Positions 1-6,042 of a DNA stretch of 10,530 nucleotides are shown here, one piece after another (within the stretch, counting starts at the first letter, position 1; each line of letters starts with the position of its first letter). The notes under the pieces were generated by a model. The model had not been told where the DNA came from. It saw nothing but the letters and a program-made list of their open reading frames with translations, and made no database searches. The position numbers and the translations under genes are program-made. Location: contig CAJOOZ010000119.1 in NCBI GenBank assembly GCA_905236705.1, positions 1 through 10,530 of the forward strand, in the 5' to 3' direction. This DNA comes from an uncultured Lachnospiraceae bacterium. GTDB taxonomy: Bacteria > Bacillota > Clostridia > Lachnospirales > Lachnospiraceae.

Positions 1-311
1 ACCAGTAGATCATAACCGCCGGAGATCAGATAAACGGAATTTACTTCGGGATATTTGTAAATACGCTCCGCGATGTTATCAAAACCCTGTCCCCTCTGCG
101 GTGTGACCCGTACCTCAATGAGGGCGGTCACTTTTTCGATGCTGGTCTTTTCCCAATCGATCAGAGTGTGATAACCACAGATAATACCTTCTTCCTCCAT
201 CGCTTTCAGCTCATTGGCCACCTCGATCTCCGGCTCTCCCATGATGATCGCCAGCTCCTTCAGGTCAATGCGGCTGTTTTTTTCGATGATTGCCAAAATG
301 CGTTCTCTCAT
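1..311 (-). CDS. Lrp/AsnC-family transcriptional regulator (N-terminal ~103 aa; C-terminus runs off the window start)
   Basis: Minus-strand ATG at 311..309 with RBS AAGGAGG 7 nt upstream (rc of 312-325). Translation MRERILAIIEKNSRIDLKELAIIMGEPEIEVANELKAMEEEGIICGYHTLIDWEKT...VYLISGGYDLLV shows an N-terminal HTH followed by the start of the RAM/ligand domain (G.YDLL motif typical of Lrp/AsnC). The gene is truncated by the window edge. The track ORF 168..446 (+) is the antisense shadow. Confidence 0.65.
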   Translation of the reverse strand, partial: MRERILAIIEKNSRIDLKELAIIMGEPEIEVANELKAMEEEGIICGYHTLIDWEKTSIEKVTALIEVRVTPQRGQGFDNIAERIYKYPEVNSVYLISGGYDLL

Positions 312-355
312 TTGATGCCTCCTTATGTTGACAAGCGGCTTATACGCTCCCCAAA

Positions 356-384
356 AGAATACCACAAAACCCCTTCCTGTGCAA
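356..384 (-). promoter_or_regulatory. Candidate sigma-A promoter for the Lrp/AsnC gene (TTGCAC -17- TATTCT with TGn extension)
   Basis: On the minus strand, -35 TTGCAC is rc of 379-384, the spacer is 17 nt, and -10 TATTCT is rc of 356-361, preceded by TGg. It lies about 45 nt upstream of the ATG at 311. This is a sequence-only call. Confidence 0.3.
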
Positions 385-406
385 TCGCAAGGCAGAAGCA
401 GAGCGC

Positions 407-988
407 TTACAATCGCGGGTTGTTTAAGTATCTTACCTCGTCATGATCCACGAATATGCGCTCCGCTTTTTCCGTGATCTGTCCGATCTCTCCCGCCGGC
501 AGGCCGGCGCGCCTCAACAGCTCTTCAGCCTGTCTGCCGTTTTTGCAGATCATAAGCCACACCCCCTTGTCATCACACTCCCAGGGGTTGATCTGATACA
601 GATTGCAGATCTCGATGACGCTTTGCCGCATGGGGATATCACTCATTCTCAGCCTCATCCCGCAGCCAAAGGCTTCTCCCAGGTTCCAGAGAGCGCCAAA
701 CAGCCCTCCCTTTTTGACAGGAAGCAGAACCGGTGAGAGCTCCGGGGCGGGGGCATATTCCCGGCCCTCCCCGAGCACTTTGGTGATGCCGGCGAATACT
801 TCCTCATCCTCTGCCCTTTGCCGGAGCACATCCGCCAGAAGCCATGCCGGAAAATGCTCTTTTAAGGTTTCCTGTTCCCGAAGCACCAGTCCCGCAGCTA
901 CCTCTTGTCCGGGTGTTCCGATCAGCAAAAGGGACGGACGATACAGTTGCAGGATCTCTTTCAGGCAGCGCCTGTGCTGATCCGTCAC
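407..988 (-). CDS. PurM/AIR-synthase-related protein, C-terminal-domain-only ORF; possible truncated remnant; start codon uncertain
   Basis: The track ORF 407..1381 (-) has a low-complexity N-terminal 95 aa that is only the alternate frame of the VanW A/Q tail. The conserved part starts near SLLLIGTPGQEVAAGL and continues KKGGLFGALWNLGEAFGCGMRL...IPMRQSVIEICNLYQINPWE...GVWLMICKNGRQAEELLRRAGLPAGEIGQITE. This matches the PurM-like C-terminal domain pattern (GGL..AL.E.A..SG.G, then I-P, then GE-rich loop, then A..IG.I) seen in ThiL/HypE/SelD/PurM. The best start is GTG at 988..986, which has GGAGGAGG immediately upstream (rc of 989-1003). The alternative ATG at 1039..1037 sits inside the U-tract of the upstream terminator and has no SD. 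The ATG at 1096..1094 would add a low-complexity region. No N-terminal PurM domain is encoded upstream. Confidence 0.5.
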   Translation of the reverse strand: MTDQHRRCLKEILQLYRPSLLLIGTPGQEVAAGLVLREQETLKEHFPAWLLADVLRQRAEDEEVFAGITKVLGEGREYAPAPELSPVLLPVKKGGLFGALWNLGEAFGCGMRLRMSDIPMRQSVIEICNLYQINPWECDDKGVWLMICKNGRQAEELLRRAGLPAGEIGQITEKAERIFVDHDEVRYLNNPRL

Positions 989-1039
989 TTCCTCCTCCGT
1001 GAAACCTGTCTCTGTATTCTGATGTGTGCTCCTACACAT

Positions 1040-1073
1040 AAAAAGGGCGCAGTATTTCTTCTCTTCTGCGCCC
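1040..1073 (-). terminator. Rho-independent terminator of the VanW-family gene
   Basis: GGGCGCAG (1045-1052) pairs perfectly with CTGCGCCC (1066-1073) across a 13-nt loop. On the minus-strand transcript the stem is followed by UUUUUAU (rc of 1038-1044). It lies 25 nt after the TAA at 1100..1098. Confidence 0.7.
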
Positions 1074-1097
1074 TTCCCAATCCTTTTATTCTGCATC

Positions 1098-2750
1098 TTA
1101 TTGTCCTGCCGCAGCAGCTGCTGCCGCTGCCTGTTGCTGGGCTGCCGCCTGCTGGGCTGCCTGCTGGGCCGCTGCCTGCTCTGCCGCCGCCTGCTGGGCT
1201 GCGATAGCCTCCTGTTGCTGCTGGATCGCTGCCTGCTGGGCTGCGATGGCTGCCTCCTGTGCTGCCTGCGCTTCCATTGCCGCCACCTGGTTCGGATCAT
1301 TGTAACTGCCCGCATTGGCAGCCGCTGCCGTTGCCCTGCACTGCTCAATGGAGCCTGTTGCAAGAGCCGCACTGATCGCACTTGCCGCAGCGGGGTTGGA
1401 GGTTGCGGTCCCTACCGATGCAGTTCGGGGTACAGCATTGTATTTACTGCTGTTAACCTGCGTCCTGCTCTCTTCCCTGCCATTTACCGTCACTATCTTC
1501 CAAAGCTCCGCCGTATAACCTGTATGAGCGGACTGGACACTGATATATCCGACCCGCTGGGAAGAATCTCCGATAACCTTTTCACCCGTTGGTTCTGTTT
1601 TGGAGATCACCTTGCTCTCGAAACTGACCTTGCGGTCAGGGTCTCTGGTCTCACGACCGTAGATGGTAAATGTGATATGCTTATCCTCTGTCGTATACCC
1701 CTCTATGTAAATGGGATAATCCAGATTATTGACAAAACACATATCCTTTTCGGTGCCCGAAATCGCCGCATCCTCACTGGGCTCCACATAACCTACGATC
1801 ATGGAATGATTGGATCTCTGCGTGATATCCAGCTCCGCCCGAAGAGCCGCATTGTAAAGGGTTGTGGATACCTGACAGATGCCTCCGCCCAAAGAGTCTA
1901 CCACCAGACCGCCGCTGTAGGAGCCGGCCAGGTAGTACCCGTTTTCTTCGGTAAAAGGACTGACTTTTTCATAGGTCGAAAAGGAATCCCCCGGGTACAG
2001 CAGTGTTCCGTTGATCTTGGAGGCGCCATTTTTCAGATTGCCGCTGCGGTTGGCACCGGAGGAAGAAAAGCTGGTGGTAAAAGTACCCAGCACATCCTTA
2101 ACCGCCGTCAACTGCTCCTCACTTCCCCTTGGCTCTGTCACATCGGCTACCAGATCGATCACGGCAGACTGAGCATCCTGCTGCAGCGAAAGCGTCTCCT
2201 TGATGGTATCGATGGACTCATCCACATTGATCTGTACTCCCGTCTGCCCGGGTGTATAGACAAAGCTGTTGTTCTCCCGTTTCAGCGTTCCGTCCACAGC
2301 CTCAACATTGTATTGCAGGCACTGCTCCTCAATGACAGACCGGATCGATTCATCATCATAGGCTATCTCAAGATCAAACACCTTATTCTCATGCTCCAGA
2401 TCCTTGAGGGCCTTGTAGCGCTGGACGATATTGCCCGACTTGCCCAGACTGCCCGCTTCGTCAACGACTCCGGTATTCTCCCAATGCATTCCCAGCTCTT
2501 TTGCCGTGACCTTAACCGCGTTGTTATTGAGGGCATTCAGCGTCACCTCTGTATCACCCAGCCCCTCCACATAGGCATTGACCGCTTCTTCGGCCTCCAG
2601 CGTGGTAAGCCCCGATACATCGACGGATCCGATATAGATTCCTTTTTCAATCGTATTAAAAGTACCGGCCGCAAAAGCCTGCCCCGGGAACGCTAACAGC
2701 GCCGCGCCGCACAGTAATGCCATGACCGGTATCCTGCTCCGTTTCTTCAT
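1098..2750 (-). CDS. Secreted VanW-family (YoaR-like) protein with G5-like region and C-terminal Ala/Gln-rich low-complexity tail
   Basis: The N-terminus MKKRSRIPVMALLCGAALLAFPGQAFAAG is a signal peptide. The VanW signature block GGLVVDSLGGGICQVSTTLYNAALRAELDITQR is present, followed by a G5-like segment (KVISKTEPTGEKVIGD...GYTAELWKIVTVNG), then about 60 aa of A/Q-rich tail ending AAAAAAAGQ. Preferred start is ATG 2750..2748, with GAGG 9 nt upstream. Upstream in-frame alternatives are ATG 2759 and TTG 2765, the latter used by the track. The + strand ORF 1026..2696 is its Cys/Arg/Leu-rich antisense shadow. Confidence 0.8.
   Translation of the reverse strand: MKKRSRIPVMALLCGAALLAFPGQAFAAGTFNTIEKGIYIGSVDVSGLTTLEAEEAVNAYVEGLGDTEVTLNALNNNAVKVTAKELGMHWENTGVVDEAGSLGKSGNIVQRYKALKDLEHENKVFDLEIAYDDESIRSVIEEQCLQYNVEAVDGTLKRENNSFVYTPGQTGVQINVDESIDTIKETLSLQQDAQSAVIDLVADVTEPRGSEEQLTAVKDVLGTFTTSFSSSGANRSGNLKNGASKINGTLLYPGDSFSTYEKVSPFTEENGYYLAGSYSGGLVVDSLGGGICQVSTTLYNAALRAELDITQRSNHSMIVGYVEPSEDAAISGTEKDMCFVNNLDYPIYIEGYTTEDKHITFTIYGRETRDPDRKVSFESKVISKTEPTGEKVIGDSSQRVGYISVQSAHTGYTAELWKIVTVNGREESRTQVNSSKYNAVPRTASVGTATSNPAAASAISAALATGSIEQCRATAAAANAGSYNDPNQVAAMEAQAAQEAAIAAQQAAIQQQQEAIAAQQAAAEQAAAQQAAQQAAAQQQAAAAAAAAGQ
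1100..1265. repeat. GC-rich imperfect short-tandem-repeat tract (GCTGCC/GCTGGG/CTGCTG units) encoding the A/Q-rich tail of the VanW-family protein
   Basis: Visible reiteration of ctgctgg / gctgcc / gcctgctgggctgc units between about 1100 and 1265. It is translated as AAQQAAAEQAAAQQAAQQAAAQQQAAAAAAAA on the minus strand. Confidence 0.6.
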
Positions 2751-2761
2751 CTGCGCCATCC

Positions 2762-2869
2762 TCAAAATACACCGATCGCGGAGATCGCCAGCGGTATCAC
2801 CATGGCAAGAACAAGTACCACTGCTATGATCGTAGCCACAATCCTTCTGGTCTTACTGTTGTTAAACAT
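2762..2869 (-). CDS. 35-aa single-pass membrane micro-protein (MFNNSKTRRIVATIIAVVLVLAMVIPLAISAIGVF), translationally coupled to the VanW-family gene; not in the supplied ORF track
   Basis: ATG at 2869..2867 is preceded by AAGGAG with 7-nt spacing (rc of 2870-2885 = GAAAAGGAGAGAGAAA). A basic N-terminus MFNNSKTRR is followed by a 26-residue uninterrupted hydrophobic helix. The stop TGA (2764..2762) lies inside the GAGG SD of the downstream VanW start, 9 nt before ATG 2750. The arrangement is sequence-supported; expression is unproven. Confidence 0.5.
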   Translation of the reverse strand: MFNNSKTRRIVATIIAVVLVLAMVIPLAISAIGVF

Positions 2870-2907
2870 TTTCTCTCTCCTTTTCAGATTCACAAGGGCC
2901 TGCAACC

Positions 2908-2936
2908 TTGACAGAACCCCTTATTTATGCTTTATT
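2908..2936 (+). promoter_or_regulatory. Candidate sigma-A promoter TTGACA-17-TGcTTTATT upstream of the hypothetical membrane protein gene
   Basis: Consensus -35 TTGACA at 2908-2913, a 17-nt spacer, and an extended -10 TGc TTTATT at 2928-2936. The predicted TSS is about 2943, which is only 3 nt before ATG 2946, so the message would be nearly leaderless. Confidence 0.35.
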
Positions 2937-2945
2937 GAATATACC

Positions 2946-3632
2946 ATGAAATTCCCTGTTTTGACAAGTTTAATCATATTCATCGCATGGCTTACCGTCA
3001 AGACCTCCGGTGGCAAAAAAGAGCGCAGCGAGAACATCCGGTCTTTCTGGGAAAAAGAGCGGGCTGCCAACGCCGTCAGAAAAAAAAGTCTGGACGATCT
3101 GCCCTTTGTTCAGTTCCCTTTTGAGCTCCTGCCAACGGAAGAATCCTTCACTTCGCAGGACTCCAATATCCCCTCTTCACTTCTGGCCCTGCAGAAACTG
3201 AAAGGACAGAAGATCGTCAATCTCAACGGTTATTCCAACACCGATCTGAAGCTGGAATACGGTACGACCAATATCACGATCCTGACGGAATATGATGAAA
3301 ATTTCCTGACCCTGTGCCGGGAAGGTCATCTGTTATCCGAATACCTCTACGATATGGACAGAAAACAGGAAGCTTTGCAGCTTTCGGAAGCGCTGATCAG
3401 ATGCGGCTCCGATGTCAGCACCCAGTTCACGCTGCTCTACAGGATCTATCACGAAACCGGAGCGGATGATGAAAAAAGTAAGCTCAAGCTAACTGTTGAA
3501 CAGATGACTTCCTCCCGTAAAAATGCCATTCTTCGGGCTTTGGATGAGCTGGAACAAAAACTCTCCTCCCCCGACGGCTATGATACTGCCATTGCCAATG
3601 ATTCGGCAGATCCGACTCTCAGCAATCCCTAA
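2946..3632 (+). CDS. Hypothetical membrane-anchored protein (N-terminal TM helix, about 200-aa soluble domain of unknown function)
   Basis: The track ORF 2802..3632. I prefer the internal start ATG 2946 (MKFPVLTSLIIFIAWLTVKTSGGKKERS...). The 2802-2945 portion overlaps the well-supported minus-strand micro-ORF and its RBS, and a TTGACA promoter lies at 2908. There is no SD before 2946, so it is possibly leaderless. The remainder (…LPFVQFPFELLPTEE…LYRIYHETGADDEKSKL…) has no motif I recognise. The start is uncertain; 2802 would add a second TM segment. Confidence 0.45.
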   Translation: MKFPVLTSLIIFIAWLTVKTSGGKKERSENIRSFWEKERAANAVRKKSLDDLPFVQFPFELLPTEESFTSQDSNIPSSLLALQKLKGQKIVNLNGYSNTDLKLEYGTTNITILTEYDENFLTLCREGHLLSEYLYDMDRKQEALQLSEALIRCGSDVSTQFTLLYRIYHETGADDEKSKLKLTVEQMTSSRKNAILRALDELEQKLSSPDGYDTAIANDSADPTLSNP

Positions 3633-3651
3633 GGAACTGTAGCAGAATTGT

Positions 3652-4419
3652 TCAAGTTGTTTCGCTACATTTCCTTGGCGCCAGCAGGTTCATAAACAGT
3701 TCCCTGTCCGACGCTCTGAGTTTATCCAGGATCCGGCTCGCCTGACTCTTTGTCAGAGCCGACATTCGGTTTTCATCGATCTGTATTCCCATCTCCTTTG
3801 CCGCTTTCCTGAGCTTTTCCTTCTGCTTTTCCATGACGGGCGTATCTCTTTTTACCGCAAAACAAAGCTGTTGCGGCTCAAAAAGCTCCGGTTTCAGGCT
3901 TCCGAATTCTTCATAGAGTTTTTGCAATAAAAACCAGGTGGCCGCGGCATCATCCGGCGCTCTGTGCGCATGAAAAACATAGCCGTAATGTCTGCAGCAG
4001 TCCGCCAGTCTTTTTTTCTCATCCGGCTCAAGCAGCGCCCTGGCCAGCTTCAATGTATCGATTCCCTTTTTTTCAAATACGAAGCCCTTGGGCCGGCAAT
4101 CCACAAATGCTTTTTTTAAAAAAGCATAATCACCGGTAATACTATGCCCTACGAGCACATCATCCCCCAGAAAGTCAAGCAGCGTGTCTGCAATCTGCTC
4201 AAACTTCTCTCTGCCTGCCAGCATCTCATCCGTAATGCCCGTGATCTCAACGATCTCCTGCGTCAGAGGAAATCCCGGATCCACAAGGATCGAGCAGGTA
4301 TCCGCAATCCTGCCTTCCCTAATCCGCAGGGCACCGATCTCTATGATCCTGTCAGTTCTTTTTAAAAGACCCGTGGTCTCAAGATCGATGACCACGGCAT
4401 TCAGACTGCTTATGTCCAT
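3652..4419 (-). CDS. DnaQ-like DEDDh 3'-5' exonuclease (DNA Pol III epsilon-like) with about 90-aa C-terminal extension
   Basis: Exo I motif VVIDLETTGL, Exo II HSITGDYAFL, and Exo III YVFHAHRAPDDAAATWFLLQKL (H-x4-D of the DEDDh type). Start ATG 4419..4417 (MDISSLN...) has AAAGGGTGG upstream. The track starts at an upstream TTG, 4452. The C-terminal tail (KEKLRKAAKEMGIQIDENRMSALTKSQASRILDKLRASDREL...) is an extra, uncharacterised region. Confidence 0.75.
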   Translation of the reverse strand: MDISSLNAVVIDLETTGLLKRTDRIIEIGALRIREGRIADTCSILVDPGFPLTQEIVEITGITDEMLAGREKFEQIADTLLDFLGDDVLVGHSITGDYAFLKKAFVDCRPKGFVFEKKGIDTLKLARALLEPDEKKRLADCCRHYGYVFHAHRAPDDAAATWFLLQKLYEEFGSLKPELFEPQQLCFAVKRDTPVMEKQKEKLRKAAKEMGIQIDENRMSALTKSQASRILDKLRASDRELFMNLLAPRKCSETT

Positions 4420-4455
4420 ATCTGTCCACCCTTTTATGGCATTCTTTTGCAACGT

Positions 4456-5091
4456 TCACTTTCCGGATTCGTACCACTTGCAGTACCTGCGCAGAAAACA
4501 CTCCCCGCACTTAGGATTTCTGGCAAAACAGATCTGCCTGCCAAATGTAATGATATGAATATTCCAGAGGATCCAATGATCCCGTGGCAGGACTTTTTCC
4601 AGATCATGTTCGATCTTTTCCGGATCGGTCTCTTTGGTGAGTCCCAGTTTGGCCGATATACGCTTGACATGCGTATCCACCACGATACTCGGTTCATGGT
4701 AGATATTGCCGCGGATCACATTGGCCGTCTTTCGACCCACCCCGGGCAGAGACGTCAGCTCCTCCATACTACAGGGCACCTGTCCGCCGAAATCCGTAAC
4801 CAGCCGCCGTGCGCAGGCTATGATGTTTTTGGCCTTATTGTGATAAAACCCAGTGGAATGGATATCCTGCTCCAGCTCTTCAAGCCCGGCATCGGCAAAA
4901 GCCTCCAGCGTCGGATATTTGGCAAACAGATCCCCGGTCACCAGATTGACCCGCTCATCGGTACACTGTGCGCTCAGGATCGTGGCAAATAAAAGCTGCC
5001 ACGGATTCTTATGCTCCAGATAGCAGACATACTCTGTGCCATACTGTTCATCCAATATTGCCAATATCTCTTTCGTTCGTTTTGTTGCCAT
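4456..5091 (-). CDS. nth: Endonuclease III (DNA glycosylase/AP lyase, HhH-GPD, 4Fe-4S)
   Basis: HhH-GPD motif LTSLPGVGRKTANVI is present with its catalytic Lys. The C-terminal Fe-S cluster loop is C-x6-C-x2-C-x5-C (CFARNPKCGECFLRRYC). The 211 aa length is typical. ATG is at 5091..5089. Confidence 0.9.
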   Translation of the reverse strand: MATKRTKEILAILDEQYGTEYVCYLEHKNPWQLLFATILSAQCTDERVNLVTGDLFAKYPTLEAFADAGLEELEQDIHSTGFYHNKAKNIIACARRLVTDFGGQVPCSMEELTSLPGVGRKTANVIRGNIYHEPSIVVDTHVKRISAKLGLTKETDPEKIEHDLEKVLPRDHWILWNIHIITFGRQICFARNPKCGECFLRRYCKWYESGK

Positions 5092-5135
5092 GTGTTTTCC
5101 CTTCTGTCATCACGGTCTTCCGGCTTTTTATGCCG

Positions 5136-5480
5136 TCACATGATATCTATAATCTTCATGAGTTTTTCCCATTTTTCGGGACCGCAATCGGAGAGTTTTT
5201 CGCTGATCTGCATGTATAAAGAATCTTCATTCAGAACAGCTTTATTGCCTGTAAATGTGTATTCGTCACTGATGAAATTGTCCATGCTGCATTCCAGGCA
5301 GTTGGCGATCTGCACAAATGCATTCAGGGAGGGATGGGAGCGGCCGCACTCAATATTGCTGATATGGGAAGGATTAACATCCAGATATTCCGCCATCTGC
5401 TCCTGCGTGATACCCTTGAGTTTTCTTCGCTCCTTAATCTTCTTTCCGATCTGTTTAAAATCAAGCGTAGACCTTACCAT
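5136..5480 (-). CDS. XRE-family (Cro/C1-type) HTH transcriptional regulator, paralog 1
   Basis: HTH_3 pattern ITQEQMAEYLDVNPSHISNIECGRSHPSLNAFVQIANCLECSMDNF is present. It is 114 aa. GAGGTA SD sits 4-5 nt before ATG 5480..5478. Confidence 0.8.
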   Translation of the reverse strand: MVRSTLDFKQIGKKIKERRKLKGITQEQMAEYLDVNPSHISNIECGRSHPSLNAFVQIANCLECSMDNFISDEYTFTGNKAVLNEDSLYMQISEKLSDCGPEKWEKLMKIIDIM

Positions 5481-5526
5481 AACTACCTCACTGTAATGAA
5501 AGATAATAAGCCTATGCTAACACAGG

Positions 5527-5874
5527 CTAAGTTGACAACAGCTCCAGAAGCTTCAGTATTCTTTCTCTTTTGTTGAAATCACACTCGGAAATCTTTTCAC
5601 TGACTCTGTCGTACATCGATTCCTCATCCTGTGCTCCTCCGGATACGTGATGAAATGTGTATTCATCACAGAGAAAATAGTCCACACTGCATTCAAGCGT
5701 GTTTGCGATCAGTATCAGCGTGTCCAGTGATATACCGGAGCGACCGCATTCGATATTACAGATGTGCGCGGGATTGGTGTGCAGACTGTTTGCCACTACT
5801 TTCTGAGTGAACTCCATGGATATACGACGTTTACGGATTTTCTGACCAATGTTGTAATAATCCAATCCAGACAT
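5527..5874 (-). CDS. XRE-family (Cro/C1-type) HTH transcriptional regulator, paralog 2
   Basis: 115 aa and collinear with paralog 1: LDYYNIGQKIRKRR…NPAHICNIECGRSGISLDTLILIANTLECSVDYFLCDEYTF aligns with LDFKQIGKKIKERR…NPSHISNIECGRSHPSLNAFVQIANCLECSMDNFISDEYTF. The C-terminal about 35 aa is also related (SEKISECD / SEKLSDCG). This is a tandem duplication. Confidence 0.8.
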   Translation of the reverse strand: MSGLDYYNIGQKIRKRRISMEFTQKVVANSLHTNPAHICNIECGRSGISLDTLILIANTLECSVDYFLCDEYTFHHVSGGAQDEESMYDRVSEKISECDFNKRERILKLLELLST

Positions 5875-5971
5875 GTGTATTTACCCCAATTTCGGAAAAG
5901 ATGTATGTCAACTCTCCAGATCAAGTACATTTTACCGCAGCAGACAGAACTCTTCAACCTCTTTGCGACGA

Positions 5972-5991
5972 AGATTACGGTGAGATTACGG
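5972..5991. promoter_or_regulatory. Direct repeat AGATTACGG-n2-AGATTACGG (11-bp phase) in the divergent XRE/ptsI intergenic region; candidate operator
   Basis: AGATTACGG occurs at 5972-5980 and again at 5983-5991. TTTACCCC also occurs twice in the same orientation (5880-5887 and 6000-6007), flanking the repeats. Confidence 0.3.
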
Positions 5992-6013
5992 CGGTCTGTT
6001 TTACCCCTTTCTT

Positions 6014-6042
6014 TTTACTTTCGGCGCGATATGTGGTATTCT
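6014..6042 (+). promoter_or_regulatory. Candidate sigma-A promoter of ptsI (TTTACT -17- TGg TATTCT)
   Basis: -35-like TTTACT at 6014-6019, a 17-nt spacer, and an extended -10 TGgTATTCT at 6034-6042. It is followed by about 74 nt of leader, then AAGGAG 6 nt before ATG 6117. Confidence 0.35.

Noticed and set aside
168-446. 92-aa + ORF
   Set aside because: It is antisense to the Lrp/AsnC gene and the intergenic region. It has no RBS, and its composition is shadow-like.
989-1381. N-terminal 130 aa of the track ORF 407..1381 (MRSVRLLQQAPLSSAGQRQRLP…)
   Set aside because: This part is the alternate frame of the VanW A/Q repeat tract and spans the VanW terminator. It is low-complexity Arg/Gln/Ser/Pro sequence and not part of the PurM-like domain. 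The ORF is kept only from about 988 downward.
1026-2696. 556-aa + strand ORF
   Set aside because: It runs exactly antisense to the VanW-family gene, which has clear signal peptide, VanW and G5 motifs. Its product is Cys/Arg/Leu-rich with no motifs, which is typical of a shadow ORF in GC-biased coding DNA.
2802-2945. Upstream extension of the + hypothetical ORF (MARTSTTAMIVATILLVLLLLNIF…)
   Set aside because: It overlaps the minus-strand micro-ORF and its strong RBS, lacks an SD of its own, and would contain the TTGACA promoter internally. It is kept as an alternative, but the start at 2946 is preferred.
3633-3651. Possible bidirectional terminator between the convergent hypothetical and DnaQ-like genes
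   Set aside because: Only a 4-bp GAAC/GTTC inverted repeat in a 19-bp gap. There is no convincing stem-loop or T-run.
4447-4992. 181-aa + ORF, plus 4144..4365, 4184..4558 and 4434..4697
   Set aside because: These are antisense to or overlapping nth and the DnaQ-like gene, which both have strong catalytic motifs. There is no independent support.
5011-5496. 161-aa + ORF and 5764..6171 + ORF
   Set aside because: They are antisense to the two XRE genes, hydrophobic and low-complexity, and have no RBS.
356-6042. Shared 11-mer TGTGGTATTCT in the putative -10 regions of the Lrp/AsnC promoter (rc of 356-366) and the ptsI promoter (6032-6042)
   Set aside because: With both strands of a 10.5-kb window, tens of shared 11-mers are expected by chance, so there is no statistical support for a common regulatory element. 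It is noted only as a coincidence worth rechecking if more promoters show it.
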